Source: Candidatus Aenigmatarchaeota archaeon (GTDB taxonomy: Archaea; Aenigmatarchaeota; Aenigmatarchaeia; QMZP01). From it: a stretch of 64,000 bases of DNA. The notes beneath the pieces are model-generated. The model ran no database searches, was not told where the DNA came from, and saw only the letters and a program-made list of their open reading frames with translations. This document shows positions 21,601-29,900 of this stretch, one piece after another; the stretch's first letter is position 1, and the number at the start of each line of letters is the position of its first letter. The stretch is taken from positions 1-64,000 of the forward strand of contig JBDRSV010000024.1 of NCBI GenBank assembly GCA_043824495.1, read 5' to 3'. The position numbers were made by a program, and so were the translations under genes.

Positions 21601-21656
21601 GCAGATGCTAAAGTTAATAAGATTAAAGTTACAACTACGTATAACACCTTATTCAT
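12633..21656 (-). CDS. Giant cell-surface protein B (3007 aa), paralog of A with a 4-repeat distal domain and a long Ig-like stalk
   Basis: Signal peptide and Cys-rich repeats closely similar to A, many 'YxCNNTATQNYT' stalk repeats, FN3-like modules, PPPGGGGGGGGS linker, C-terminal TM and basic tail. Confidence 0.85.
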   Translation of the reverse strand: MNKVLYVVVTLILLTLASAGITTSQNAPTCIDDVIKPCGSNVGVCSSGIRTCVGGEWAECIDDIGPEEEVCNSLDDDCDSLVDEGGVCVQLTCTNGRIKPCGSNVGVCSSGIRTCVGGEWAECIDDIGPFTEMCDGLDNDCDGSVDEGCTLSKSPDSQPPRTAAQPGDDFKVQRGVATMSVTGMLLFAPADFDAVSSLSNAFVRITNTHHTGAGRTTSGSQNADDVTATIEFSSPTTIVITRSSSATSNTRIAWEIVEYTGPPGGSNEFIVRKQGIHTFAASGNSETEALAGVANVNDLAGFVTGIRNPDTGRNDYHNQQSSISFDDASTVRFQRGTLPVSGPDAVSVLYAIVEFTGSNWNVQRVEHTYSAAGVTETETITPVNSLSRAFIHSQKRVDENLRGLDEFGHEVWLSAANQVSFQLESGSGTPSGHTSVAWIIENTQASGTPMNVERGTFTKPGTGAEPGTVNVNYGPISDLTIASLFANDRSAGTGTSFPHGIFAARLVDTSTIEFWYSDNGQTQNGRWEVVEWPTAPAGANNPPTITSVTDSPDPVDEGNGITFTVDWNDVDAGEQIQIYVCQTDAISGVSQSCPGGSWCDSAVFTTNDPESCAYITQAADGGINNYYAFVCDDSNDCSASTSGTFDVQPAGDLQSPYWFNNVSNTPAVYSPTFISEFNVSWTDNIAVDAVYIEGNWSGTNNYSATPTGDTYTYQTNLPAGTFYWRSWSNDSAGNLNVTDSWTFTANKDSSSCVLNITPPTPSTYDPIPSVTATGSCNNSEISYNLYREGILINDENGVAVSLSVGSYNYEMNSTDTQNYTGASDSQMYVVNQATPTPSLSVLPSNSETYGTQTTVSCSYLESEVTPQLFRDGVLVGNPDINVLAAGVYDYVCNNTATQNYTAAEVTDSLTVNRADHTIHLALDDLESDKSVTYPAVTNATGWLEIGQGSAVLYRDSSVVANPEITTLSVGIYNYSYIYPDSENYTGQSMTRFLTVNRSATVLNLGINPNWNVVYNTSVNVSCYANNNEVVVSLFRNSDDVTSENNQFVVLAAGSYDYTCNNTATQNYTTAETSNTLTINKTIPTPSLVIIPSASEPYGTPTAVTCYYTESEVTAQLYRNDILIANPDIQVFGVGVYDYVCNNTATQNYTAAELSNSVTINQANPTPTLNISSNPATYGDVGSVSCSYAESEVTAQLYRNGVPVSNSDSIQDLAAGSYDYTCNNTATQNYTTNEVTDSLTVNKDSSSCILTIIPASPIIYGISTTATGSCNNPETSYNLYRNGIVVNSENGVPVSLGAGSHYYEVNSTDTQNYTGNSDGQGYVVSQENPTPTLTITPSNSETYGTQTTMSCSYAESEVTAQLYRNYVFVSTPDIQTLGGGSYDYTCNNIATQNYTTNEVTDSLTVSQVLTNINLLLNNTDGNLTIDDGEYVNITVDIGFADTVFIYADNVLLDSGLSVLENITNPGIGLHNITGIYNGNQNYTGSFETHWLTVLAGSPPQFSSHIRSPLQPNEDEDVDIQIKITNDVNVSLVYFEWNSTINYTVTSAGDVYQIILNSGNLTPHDTVSYYWYAFNTNNNMNRSAQFSFIIVNQPPLLITAPALNSTSPQTNDLLVCNSGIFFDPDSGDTQQAAYWMWFVSGVYVSGEQTLDLSLPGNGDKGDSIICSQRVFDGYDNSSWENSSNTAVVIDTQPTAPALISLSDNQNTSDNTPTFTWTTGTDVDNDVLSYEIQISDETNFITLAQSAVVSNTNYTSTPLIDGTYYWRVKSVTQDANSSYTSYRKLTVDTTPPTSLTNYTNNNTWVQSTQTLLVTEMDNIDLNPTTLYCIDQTNSCAQAVPADDGESISVTQQGINYVRIRSTDFTNNNQYLTDVVMIDSVPPTVVLFEPQNTSYTNGSLLLEYNSLDSTSGIDSTWYSLDSGSNTSLSGNTTIIVSGSSHHLVLYARDLAGNEQEIGVDLTVDTTPPISNNPGDAVYVQDISQTIGWILQDNVGPGYYYVERNGTIQNSTAPWINDTNLNIWVNTSELGYWMYTIYFNDSLGFTGTPNQIGITITTSDVSSPIYSGIVTSPSLYAPENDHYFNITWVDDTAIDSVIFEFDGFNYTPLNAGSEYFSLINSLAVGSYNYRWYANDIFDSWNVTIIQTYTVTAATPVLTLSALPSWSEVYGTQTSVNCTDSGQVFVDLYRDGILVSNPDTQNLNTGTYDYVCNSTSTQNYTATEATNTLAISKAPTTTQLFLNDQESDISIQHPTMTNVSAYTPGTTVMLYRNSTIVSNPDINSGVDVLGVGVYNYTAITLEDSNYFGSDTTRWLTVTPGVVTCTLTTEPGATMTYGTDLNITCSCDVLPGTLWRDSVNRTGDSGIFVNLSAGLYDFVCNATNTQNYTAVPDNISVTVNEAENPVSLYINNFLNQNVTINYEDPFNVIGTSAGGIANLFRDEQAVPNPEFGSKILTTGTYEYKTNSTGNENYTDNTTGLMYYLTINKNSTEIVTRINSNRGDTLIAANTGVSFDVILNVPGKTVTLYTELPNWTNQSGVTPLNYITNVTEDYFLVIGSFGGDENYTGSSESHFMNVSASVTPITLYNISHSNVTNTTALITWNTLELTDSAVIYEIFNVPSDIKFNLTLTPFHIILLDNLLPNTTYVYTITSCDSESFCNTSTEFNFTTDSSGVCLEDWDCSGWSSSTCGTRTCTDLNNCGTEDDKPSELLSCPPPGGGGGGGGGSGTEPENDTNKVLFEATRELLLKPGIDIQDDQNLQDASQDVLGLLTLHREYINKLVETSRLIVNRFYGIQHLTVTESKSQLVTSLEYTGDEKLKNFIIYEKIPKGFASSSQGITVYAPNAANHGIVKDDPEYVFIYNEISPGDQIIISYTADSLVNLSLINDTKTEIYAEGSEIVPICNGNDLCELELGENLVNCLDCELADLCTPGELRCLDNNIQICDSENIIWITTEHCPVGCSGDVCAEAPDIAYIIPVFVGIVILAMIGVYLTQRGKTHHIKKKRRRVRKSSR
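17446..18109. repeat. Near-identical DNA repeats between stalk modules of protein B
   Basis: 78 bp at 17446-17523 and 17938-18015 (1 mismatch); 50 bp identical at 17565-17614 and 18060-18109; partial third copy near 18455-18506. Confidence 0.85.
21271..21551. repeat. 92-bp direct repeat encoding the duplicated Cys-rich module of protein B
   Basis: 21271-21362 and 21460-21551, offset 189 bp (in frame), 1 mismatch; both encode KPCGSNVGVCSSGIRTCVGGEWAECIDDIGP. Confidence 0.9.
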
Positions 21657-21673
21657 ATATAATATACTAGAAT

Positions 21674-21691
21674 AAGCTTAATTAATGTGAA
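21674..21691 (-). promoter_or_regulatory. Conserved 18-bp upstream element (TATA-like) of surface protein B
   Basis: AAGCTTAATTAATGTGAA, 18-35 nt upstream of the ATG; identical to 12612-12629. Confidence 0.55.
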
Positions 21692-21728
21692 TCAGTAGTT
21701 CTTTGATTACAGATTAAAGATCCTAGAA

Positions 21729-24700
21729 TTATTTCCTTTTTGATTTGCCTGAGTATGTGTAACGCCAATCCCGTTTCTTTTTTCTCCACCTTTTTTCCAA
21801 TGTTTTCCATTTTCTTTTTCCCCGTTTTCTCCTGAAGTAGATTGCGTTTATGAAAATAATTACTACCAAGACAGCACCAGCAACTTCATAATAAAGAGTG
21901 TAATCGGGTTCCTCAGCACACATACCCTCAAAACAACCGAAATCACAGAATTGTTTTGATTCCCAAGAAAACCCTTCTCTGCAAGCCTCTACATTGTTGT
22001 CTACACATCTTGTAGCTCCTGCTTCGCATATCATTGGAGGATCTAAACAAGAGGAGTTAGAGCATCCGTGCTCACATTCTTCGATGATCCATTCAGTTCC
22101 AGAAATACAGCGTTCTAATTTATTATCAACACAGATAATATCGCCGGGCGTGCATTCGAGAAGAATTATGATTGTATTACTTATGTTTGAAGCCCCTTCC
22201 TTAGAGTCCACCGAGAAATTAATACTATGGTTTCCCACATCACCGGAAATATCAGCCTTAACGCCTTTCCTCTCTCCAATATTAAGAGAGAAATTGTTTG
22301 GTGTGATTGTAACTTCGCAATCACAGTCTGTATTCACAAACACTTCTGTAAGATTGGTTTCTCCTGTGTTTTCTATTGTTATTACAAAATATCCTTCCTT
22401 GATCACTGTTACACTTAGAGGAGACAAAATAACAACTTCCTTGGTTTTGGGGGTTGTAGAAGAGAGAGAAGCTCCAGAGCCTCCCGTGTTTGTGTTAATT
22501 GCGCAGGCACCCACATCAGCTGGACAGCTGTTGCATGTTTCTCCAGAGTCTATTATACCATCACCACATGAATAACCTTCTCCTACAGAGAAAGCAGACA
22601 AATTAGTTGAGTTTATTATAGCGATGCTAATTGTAGAATTTATTGTACTGTTTTCTGTAATATTTTCCCATGACCCGTCACACATCCTATTTGATAAATT
22701 CCATGTGTGACAAGCATATACATTTATCCTGCCATTGTTTGTTATAGATGTATTGTTATATGAGACTTCCAAGATAGCATTACTGAATTCAAAATTTGTA
22801 TCAATTGCTACAGTGTCAACAAAAACCAACACGTTACTTGGTAATGTAATCCCGCTTTCTGTTATATTATTGTCTAAACTAAAATTCCCGGCAGAATTAT
22901 TTATTATATTTACATTGTTTATTGTTATATTGAAATCACTGACAATTTTTATGTCCCAGAAACCTTGTGGTATTGTCAAGTTGACGCCTGTTGAATTTAT
23001 TGTCTGGTTTCTTATAGTTTTTGTTCCATTGTAGAATATTTGTATCCACGAAGCATTTGTTTGGTTATCTTGATAATCAAGAATGTTTATGCTTGCCTCG
23101 CTTGGGTCTCCTATACTAAATCCGTTGGTAGACGAATTCACATTGTTCCCTTTTGTATCGTTTGCATAAATTGTGACGTTGTAAGAAGAGCTCATTAAAC
23201 TGGTTGTGTTATAACTTGTATTGTAGGAATCACTCGTGTTATCCATCATAACATTTACAGACCATGTAGTATTAGATATGTTGAACCAAACTTCTGATGC
23301 ATTCACAGCAAAATTATCTGTTATGTTTGCAAATACTGTAATATTCTCTCCAGCTATTAATGGCGTGGAAGATATGCTAGAGTTGGATATGTTTGGAGGA
23401 GATGTGTCGTCTACAACAACAAAATGTGTTTCAGATGTGGTTGTATAATTCTGATTTGAAGAGAATATGGAAGTGATATTATATGCATCTAGAGCAAAAT
23501 CTGTTGTATTCCATAAGCTCCCTAATGGTGTTGTGCTGTTAGAAATGAAAGATGAATTTCTGTACAAAGATATGTTTAGACCAGATACATTGAGTGTGGA
23601 GTTTAGATTTACAACAGCTCCAGTTTCAACTGTTATATCTCCATCACTTCCGTCTAGAGTTAGATTGATGAGAACAGCTTCTTTAGATATTGTGAATATC
23701 CATGTGTTTGTAAAATTGAGATTACCTGAAGAATCATTTGCCCAAGATATCCAGTAGAGATCACCTGCAGGAAGAGTTGTATTATACTGGAAAACATTAC
23801 TATTGTTTGTGACAGAATAGTTTACATTAGAACCAGACCAATTACCTTCTATAAGAACTGTTATATTTGTCAATGCTTCAGACCATGTTATATTGAAATA
23901 TGAAATTCCTGTAGAGTTGTATGTGTCAGTCAAGTTTGTTATATTCCCTGACCATGATGGTGAAGTAGAATCTACTGTGATGGATCTATTTGTTCCCCAA
24001 TTTGAATTTGAATTGTTGTCATAGGAAACACAGTTCCATGTATATTCACCACTGCTAATGTCTGTAATGTTCCACTGTGAAGAATTAGAAAACCCAGTTA
24101 CATCTACGGTATCATTAACTGTCCACGAACCATACACATTTGTGTATAATGTTATATTTGCTAACCCTCCTCCATCAGTTACAGAACAATTGAATGTGAC
24201 ATTAGAATCTGATGTAAGAAAATTATCTGCGGGAGTTCCAAGCGAAACAATAGGAAGTTCAAAATCATTATTTGTTATTAGAGAATAGTTTTGCGGTCCT
24301 TGTGGAATTAATGTTCCATTTATTTGTATTGTCCATACACCTGAACTGGGATTTGAGACATAGACCTGTTCTACATTGTTTATGCTATCAATTTGATCTT
24401 GAGTTGCATTAGCTACTGGATTAAAACCTAGAGTCCAAGGATAAACTCTTTGTCCAGAAGAATTTGTAACTATCAAATCAAGATCATTTACAAGTTCTTT
24501 TGCGGCTGCAGGAGTTCCTGGATAATCGTCCCATGTAAGAGTCATTTTAAATTCTGATTGTCCTTCCTGAACAAAAACATAGTATATATCAGATTCAGAA
24601 TTAGAAATATTAGATTCTATTATAAATTCAGTAGAGTTTACGTCTTGTCTTATTTTATCCAAGCCTCTTGTTATATTTATTATGCCCCACCCAGTGGTGT

Positions 24701-26216
24701 AATCAGGTCCAGTGTTGTTTGTATCGTCTGCTGTGTGGATCAGTAATCCTCTAATAGTAGAAGGCAACATATTAGAGTCATTGTGAGTACTTCTGTAGTC
24801 CTCTACCAGCAGAGCAATAGCTCCTGAAACAGCAGGCGCAGCCATGGACGTGCCTGATTTGACTGAATAGTCATTCCCCACATCGGTAGAAGTTATACTT
24901 ACACCATCAGCCACCACATCGGGTTTGATCCTTCCATCATCAGTTGGTCCCCATGAAGAGAAGGAGGACATGGTTCCAGAGTCATCAACCGCACCTACGG
25001 TTATTACATTCTTCGCGGTTGCTCCAGGTCCTGAAGTTGTATTAAATCCTCCACTACATATGTGACTTGATCCACCATCATTACCTGCAGCAAAAACAAC
25101 AGTAATAGGAGCATCTATACCATTCCCTTTTGTTATGTTATCATACCGTGCAGACCAAATATCATAATCTCCGTGTATAGAACAAGCAGCAGGACTTCCA
25201 CAACCTTGTCCTATACAATAGCCCCAAGAGTTCTGAGAAACAACCGCACCATAATCAGCTATGGAGAGATTCGTTTCATTTATGAGTTCTGTGGGTGTAT
25301 CAGGCCATTCGTACGATATCAGAGTGGCATTCGGGGCCATACCCCAATAAGAACCAGTTGAACCATTTCCTATCATAGTTCCTGCTACATGTGTAGAATG
25401 ATCTACATAAGCACAACTTCCGGTATCTCCAGCACCTCCACAACCTAGTGTATCACCTATTGTTGTTCTGTTGGCTAATCCGCTATGTGTTTCTTCAGCC
25501 CATCCAAAATCCCATTCAGCTAAAACCACGCCACTACCATTCACCCCATAAGGAGCTACTTGAGATTCGCTTACGCTTATTAGAGATCGAGAGCCGTCAT
25601 TCAATGTGATTAGATTAGGTTTTTTCTCAATCCATTGAACTGCATCCTCATTTAGAAGATCATCTATCCTGCCTTCGTCAATCTGGACAGACCAGACATT
25701 ATTAGAAGCTTCCTGAAAATCTCCATACGTGCTTATTACATTTTTCATGTCTTCTTTTTCTGTATCAGAGAAAAACATGACACGGATTTCAGACATACCC
25801 AAGCTTTCTGCAGCAAAATCTTTCTTATTCTCTGAGCTTACCTCGCCAACATATGTGATACCGTGTTTTTCTGCTATTTTCTCAATTTCAGATAGTTTAG
25901 CAGAAGCGTACCATGCGTTTTCAGGTATGTAATCAAGCAAATTCATACCCTCGTCAGCTAAAAGTTTCTTTTCTTCTTCGTCTGGTATATGGTCGAATTG
26001 AACGATCACGTGTTTTTTCAGGTCACCAATCCGACTTAAAACACTCTTGCTATGTTTCTCTATATTTCCATCTATTACAGAATATGGAGATATCTTGCCC
26101 GATTTGAGCAATATCGGTTTACTTCCTGTATCAACAAATGAGGATGCCTTCTCAGAGTAAAAACTAACCAACAGCAAAATTATTATTAAAAAAATCATAA
26201 CAAATGCTATTTTCAT
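21729..26216 (-). CDS. Membrane-anchored subtilisin-like S8 serine protease C (1495 aa) with Ig-like stalk and Cys-rich modules
   Basis: Signal peptide, propeptide, triad AEWDFG / DHSTHVAGT / GTSMAAP, AAGNDG, KPDVVADG, C-terminal TM and basic tail. Confidence 0.92.
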   Translation of the reverse strand: MKIAFVMIFLIIILLLVSFYSEKASSFVDTGSKPILLKSGKISPYSVIDGNIEKHSKSVLSRIGDLKKHVIVQFDHIPDEEEKKLLADEGMNLLDYIPENAWYASAKLSEIEKIAEKHGITYVGEVSSENKKDFAAESLGMSEIRVMFFSDTEKEDMKNVISTYGDFQEASNNVWSVQIDEGRIDDLLNEDAVQWIEKKPNLITLNDGSRSLISVSESQVAPYGVNGSGVVLAEWDFGWAEETHSGLANRTTIGDTLGCGGAGDTGSCAYVDHSTHVAGTMIGNGSTGSYWGMAPNATLISYEWPDTPTELINETNLSIADYGAVVSQNSWGYCIGQGCGSPAACSIHGDYDIWSARYDNITKGNGIDAPITVVFAAGNDGGSSHICSGGFNTTSGPGATAKNVITVGAVDDSGTMSSFSSWGPTDDGRIKPDVVADGVSITSTDVGNDYSVKSGTSMAAPAVSGAIALLVEDYRSTHNDSNMLPSTIRGLLIHTADDTNNTGPDYTTGWGIINITRGLDKIRQDVNSTEFIIESNISNSESDIYYVFVQEGQSEFKMTLTWDDYPGTPAAAKELVNDLDLIVTNSSGQRVYPWTLGFNPVANATQDQIDSINNVEQVYVSNPSSGVWTIQINGTLIPQGPQNYSLITNNDFELPIVSLGTPADNFLTSDSNVTFNCSVTDGGGLANITLYTNVYGSWTVNDTVDVTGFSNSSQWNITDISSGEYTWNCVSYDNNSNSNWGTNRSITVDSTSPSWSGNITNLTDTYNSTGISYFNITWSEALTNITVLIEGNWSGSNVNYSVTNNSNVFQYNTTLPAGDLYWISWANDSSGNLNFTNTWIFTISKEAVLINLTLDGSDGDITVETGAVVNLNSTLNVSGLNISLYRNSSFISNSTTPLGSLWNTTDFALDAYNITSIFSSNQNYTTTSETHFVVVDDTSPPNISNSSISSTPLIAGENITVFANITDNFAVNASEVWFNISNTTWSVNVMMDNTSDSYNTSYNTTSLMSSSYNVTIYANDTKGNNVNSSTNGFSIGDPSEASINILDYQDNQTNASWIQIFYNGTKTIRNQTINSTGVNLTIPQGFWDIKIVSDFNITINNVNIINNSAGNFSLDNNITESGITLPSNVLVFVDTVAIDTNFEFSNAILEVSYNNTSITNNGRINVYACHTWNLSNRMCDGSWENITENSTINSTISIAIINSTNLSAFSVGEGYSCGDGIIDSGETCNSCPADVGACAINTNTGGSGASLSSTTPKTKEVVILSPLSVTVIKEGYFVITIENTGETNLTEVFVNTDCDCEVTITPNNFSLNIGERKGVKADISGDVGNHSINFSVDSKEGASNISNTIIILLECTPGDIICVDNKLERCISGTEWIIEECEHGCSNSSCLDPPMICEAGATRCVDNNVEACREGFSWESKQFCDFGCFEGMCAEEPDYTLYYEVAGAVLVVIIFINAIYFRRKRGKRKWKTLEKRWRKKKRDWRYTYSGKSKRK

Positions 26217-26218
26217 AT

Positions 26219-26602
26219 TTACTCCTCTAATTCAAGATAGTAACCATTAGCGTCTTTCAGTATGCCTGTTAATTCGTATTCTTTTCCTGTTTCAAAATCT
26301 TTGCAATACATTACACAATTACTTCCACTACACTCAATTGGGTCTCCACCTTTCCTTAATTGAAGAGTTGAATCCTCTCCCTCCAAACTGAGTCGTCCAC
26401 CACAGTCATTACAACAAGGCTCTTCGTCTGTGCAAGCAATTAAAGTGCAAACAGCTGATGGGGCTACAGAAGTGCCTTTAACTGTTATTTTTGTGTCTAT
26501 TAGATTATCCGCATTCTCAATAACATGATCAATTGTGTATGTTCCAGTTGTGCAACCACTTATTACAATCACAAAAAATACAGCTAAGACAAGAAACTTC
26601 AT
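26219..26602 (-). CDS. Small Cys-rich putative lipoprotein, possible OB-like fold
   Basis: Lipobox-like VISGC after a hydrophobic stretch, followed by six further Cys. Confidence 0.65.
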   Translation of the reverse strand: MKFLVLAVFFVIVISGCTTGTYTIDHVIENADNLIDTKITVKGTSVAPSAVCTLIACTDEEPCCNDCGGRLSLEGEDSTLQLRKGGDPIECSGSNCVMYCKDFETGKEYELTGILKDANGYYLELEE

Positions 26603-26660
26603 ATAGGATTATTGATAGTATTATTAATTAATACAAGTTATAAACCCTTATAGAGAGTGT

Positions 26661-26948
26661 ATGAAACTGCAAATATATAATCAACCCTGTATGACAGAGA
26701 AGAATAAAATAATGGCTACAGTACGCATAGGGAAACCCATAGATACTGATACTGTATTAAAAGATATGGAAAAAGAATCAAAATTCTCTGATGTAAAATA
26801 TTCGCCTAGCTTAGGTTTAATCAAATTTAAGCATGGAGAAAAAACAGTTCTTCTTTTCAGTTCAGGTAAGATAGTTATAAGAAAAGCAGTTAATGAGAAA
26901 GATGCTGTGGAAACAGTAAAAGTTCTATCTGAAATAATGAAATTCTAG
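26661..26948 (+). CDS. Small protein with a single TBP-like domain
   Basis: VKYSPSLGLIKFK...TVLLFSSGKIVIRKAVNEKDA resembles one TBP repeat (Y.P...GL.......LIF.SGK.V.TGA). Confidence 0.6.
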   Translation: MKLQIYNQPCMTEKNKIMATVRIGKPIDTDTVLKDMEKESKFSDVKYSPSLGLIKFKHGEKTVLLFSSGKIVIRKAVNEKDAVETVKVLSEIMKF

Positions 26949-29900
26949 TATACACTTGTTCTTCTAAATGTTTCCATCTTTATGTAAAGTTGGCTGTTTC
27001 CTGTCCTTTCTACTACACCAACTAGGATACCAGAACCTCTGATTCCCTTCTCTGTGCTATATATGAGAATGTCAGATGTTCCGTCGTCCATTGTGTACCA
27101 CATATCTCTCGTAGCTTTGAACTCGTTGGAGAATATTATTGACCCTCTTACTCTAACCCTTCTTCCGATAAAGCTCTTCGGATAGTCATTTATGTCCCTC
27201 AGAGACGAGTCTATAGGGGTTCCTGTTACAGGTCCCTTAGGTAGTGGTTTCTTCAAAATCTTAATCTTTTTCTCTGGTTTAATTTTCAGCTTTGTGCTAA
27301 GTGAAGGTTTCTTAGTTTGCATTTTTGTGTAAATGAAATATCCACCTAGAGCACCAGTTGCCATTATTACTAATATAACTCCTATGACACCGGTAAGATC
27401 TCCTAAGTTTACAGGAGTTTCATTACATGTCAGACCTACTTGATTGCATCCAAATTCACAAAATTGTCCATTCCACCCGGTTCCTTGGACATTACATAAT
27501 TCTACAGTATCGTTGTTACATCTCTTCTCTCCAGGAGTGCATGATGAAGCAAAACAGTCTCCAGGACAATTGTCTATTGTTTCTACTCCAGAATCACATA
27601 CTCCGTTGTTGTTACAATCTGGAATCTCTTCTATTCCTTCTGCAAATAATGATGTGTTGGTTTTGTTTATGATATCAAAATCAACCTCAGTTTCCACTGT
27701 GTATGATATTGTTATTTCTTCTCCAGGGCGTACTTTTGGATAAGAGAACATGAATTCAGGATCAGGATTGACAACTTCATAGTTACCGTATGGTACATAC
27801 AACCTCAAGCTTGTTACATTATTTGTAAACTCTTTTGGTATGATATCATATACCATCAGATTGATTAAGTTGCTATTTCCATTGTATTTTAGTTTCAATA
27901 CAAGTTCTGAATCCCCATTAACTATGAATAGGTATCTAGTTCCGGTAAAGTCTGATATGATTGCTTCTGAGAAACTTATTAGATCTTCTACAGCATCGTC
28001 TGTCAATTCGGGTATATCTATTATTCCCTCTGATATATCTCTAAGTTCTTGATTGTCTCTCAAAGCTGTAGGTGGTGTTATAACAATACTGGTTGTTAGG
28101 TTCGTAGATTCATTTTCTGGAGGGTCTGGTTCATTGTTGTTATTGTTATTATTGTTGTCAGGAGGAGGACAATTACCACAATCTGATGAACATGTTGCAC
28201 AACTCTCACCGCCATTACATGTTCCATCACCACACGAAGCAGGTTGTGGGTTAGAAGAAGTTGTGAAACTGTTTGGGCCTGAAGTGTTACAATTTCTAGA
28301 AGTATCACATGATGTGATGTTGTAATAATAAAGCGTATTATTTGTTAGGGATGTTATCCCAATCTGATGTTGAGTTACACTTGATGATGAGTAAATATTA
28401 CTGGAGAGCGCAGAAGCGTTTTTATCATAAGCTATTCTAGAGTCAGCGTTTTCAGTGGTTGTCCATGAAAGAGTTCCTGTTATATTTGTTACACTGGTTG
28501 TGATATTGAATATATTTGGTGGACTTGTATCAATAGTAAATAATATACTGTGAGTAGCTTCTGAATTCGTAAATGTATCATTTGTTGAGTTGACTAACCA
28601 AACAGTTAGATTATGTTGTCCGTTAGATATTCCTGTGAACAAATAATAACCTATGTTTTGTACATCATGGATTTCAGGGTTCGAATCCATTTTCAATTTT
28701 GCATGATCTACTTCAGTTAGAATACCAAGTTTCTCATAAGTCATGTTTATTGTGGTTACATTGAAAGAATTCCCGTTCATAGGATGTGTGATATTAACTA
28801 CTGGTATAACTCCAATTGTTTGTGCTGTTGCATTTATCCACGTAGTGTTCATGTGGCCATATGTGTCTATGGTTCTAGTTGATATTTCATGAGATAAACC
28901 TGAACTAAGACCTGTTGTATTCAAAGATGTGTTTGTCACATTTAGGTGGAATGTACTATCTACCCAAATTTCTACATGATCAAAATTTGGATTTGTTGGG
29001 TTTGTCCATGTCCAGAAAATTGAATATGGGCCTCTACTAGAATTGCTTAGATTCTCAACTCCGTTTGGAGGACTTGTATTAACTGTGAATACTCTCGTGA
29101 AAATTGCAGAGTTGCCCGCTTTATCAGTTGCATTAACTTCGACAACATTGATGCCTTCTTGTGCAGTCATTGAATCTCCTTGACAATTATTTAGTAATGG
29201 ATTAGGTCCTGCACCGTTTAGATAATATACGCAAGTATATATGTTACTCTCGATTATAGTAACATCTAATAATGTTCCGGTGTTGAATATTGTTGTGTTG
29301 AGAGGAACTATTACGTTTATTACAGGAGCCGTGAAATCAATTGTTACATTACCAGAAATTGTTTGATTATAATTACCAATGGAATCGTTTACCCAGACAT
29401 AAAACAAATAATTTCCATCAGTTAGTCCAGTTTTATTTGACCAATAGAATTCTCCATCCTGGACTTGTATTGTTTCATTCACCCCGTTCCAACTAATCAT
29501 AACAGAAACTAAGTTTGCATCTATACTCGAAACATTTACAAATATCCAGTCTAAGCTACTGTAACCATCAGCTGTTCTAGCTTCGTAGTTTATTGTAGGT
29601 GATGTAGAATCTAATATTATTGTTCTAGTCTCTGTTACATTTGAATTACCTGCAGAGTCGTTTGTCCACACATGGTATGTGTGGGACTCTTCTGCTCCCA
29701 TACCTTTTGTAATTTCCCAATTATTTCCACCAACATTTGTCATTGTGTTACTCTCATTTGTGCCGTTCCAGTGAAGTATGATATCATCGAGGGTATTCTG
29801 GTCGTTTGCGGATACACTGATAGTAACACTAGGGTTGCTTGTTATAGTATTATCAGTTGGGTTACTTGGATTGAAACTTATGTCTGGTTCTGTTTGGTCT

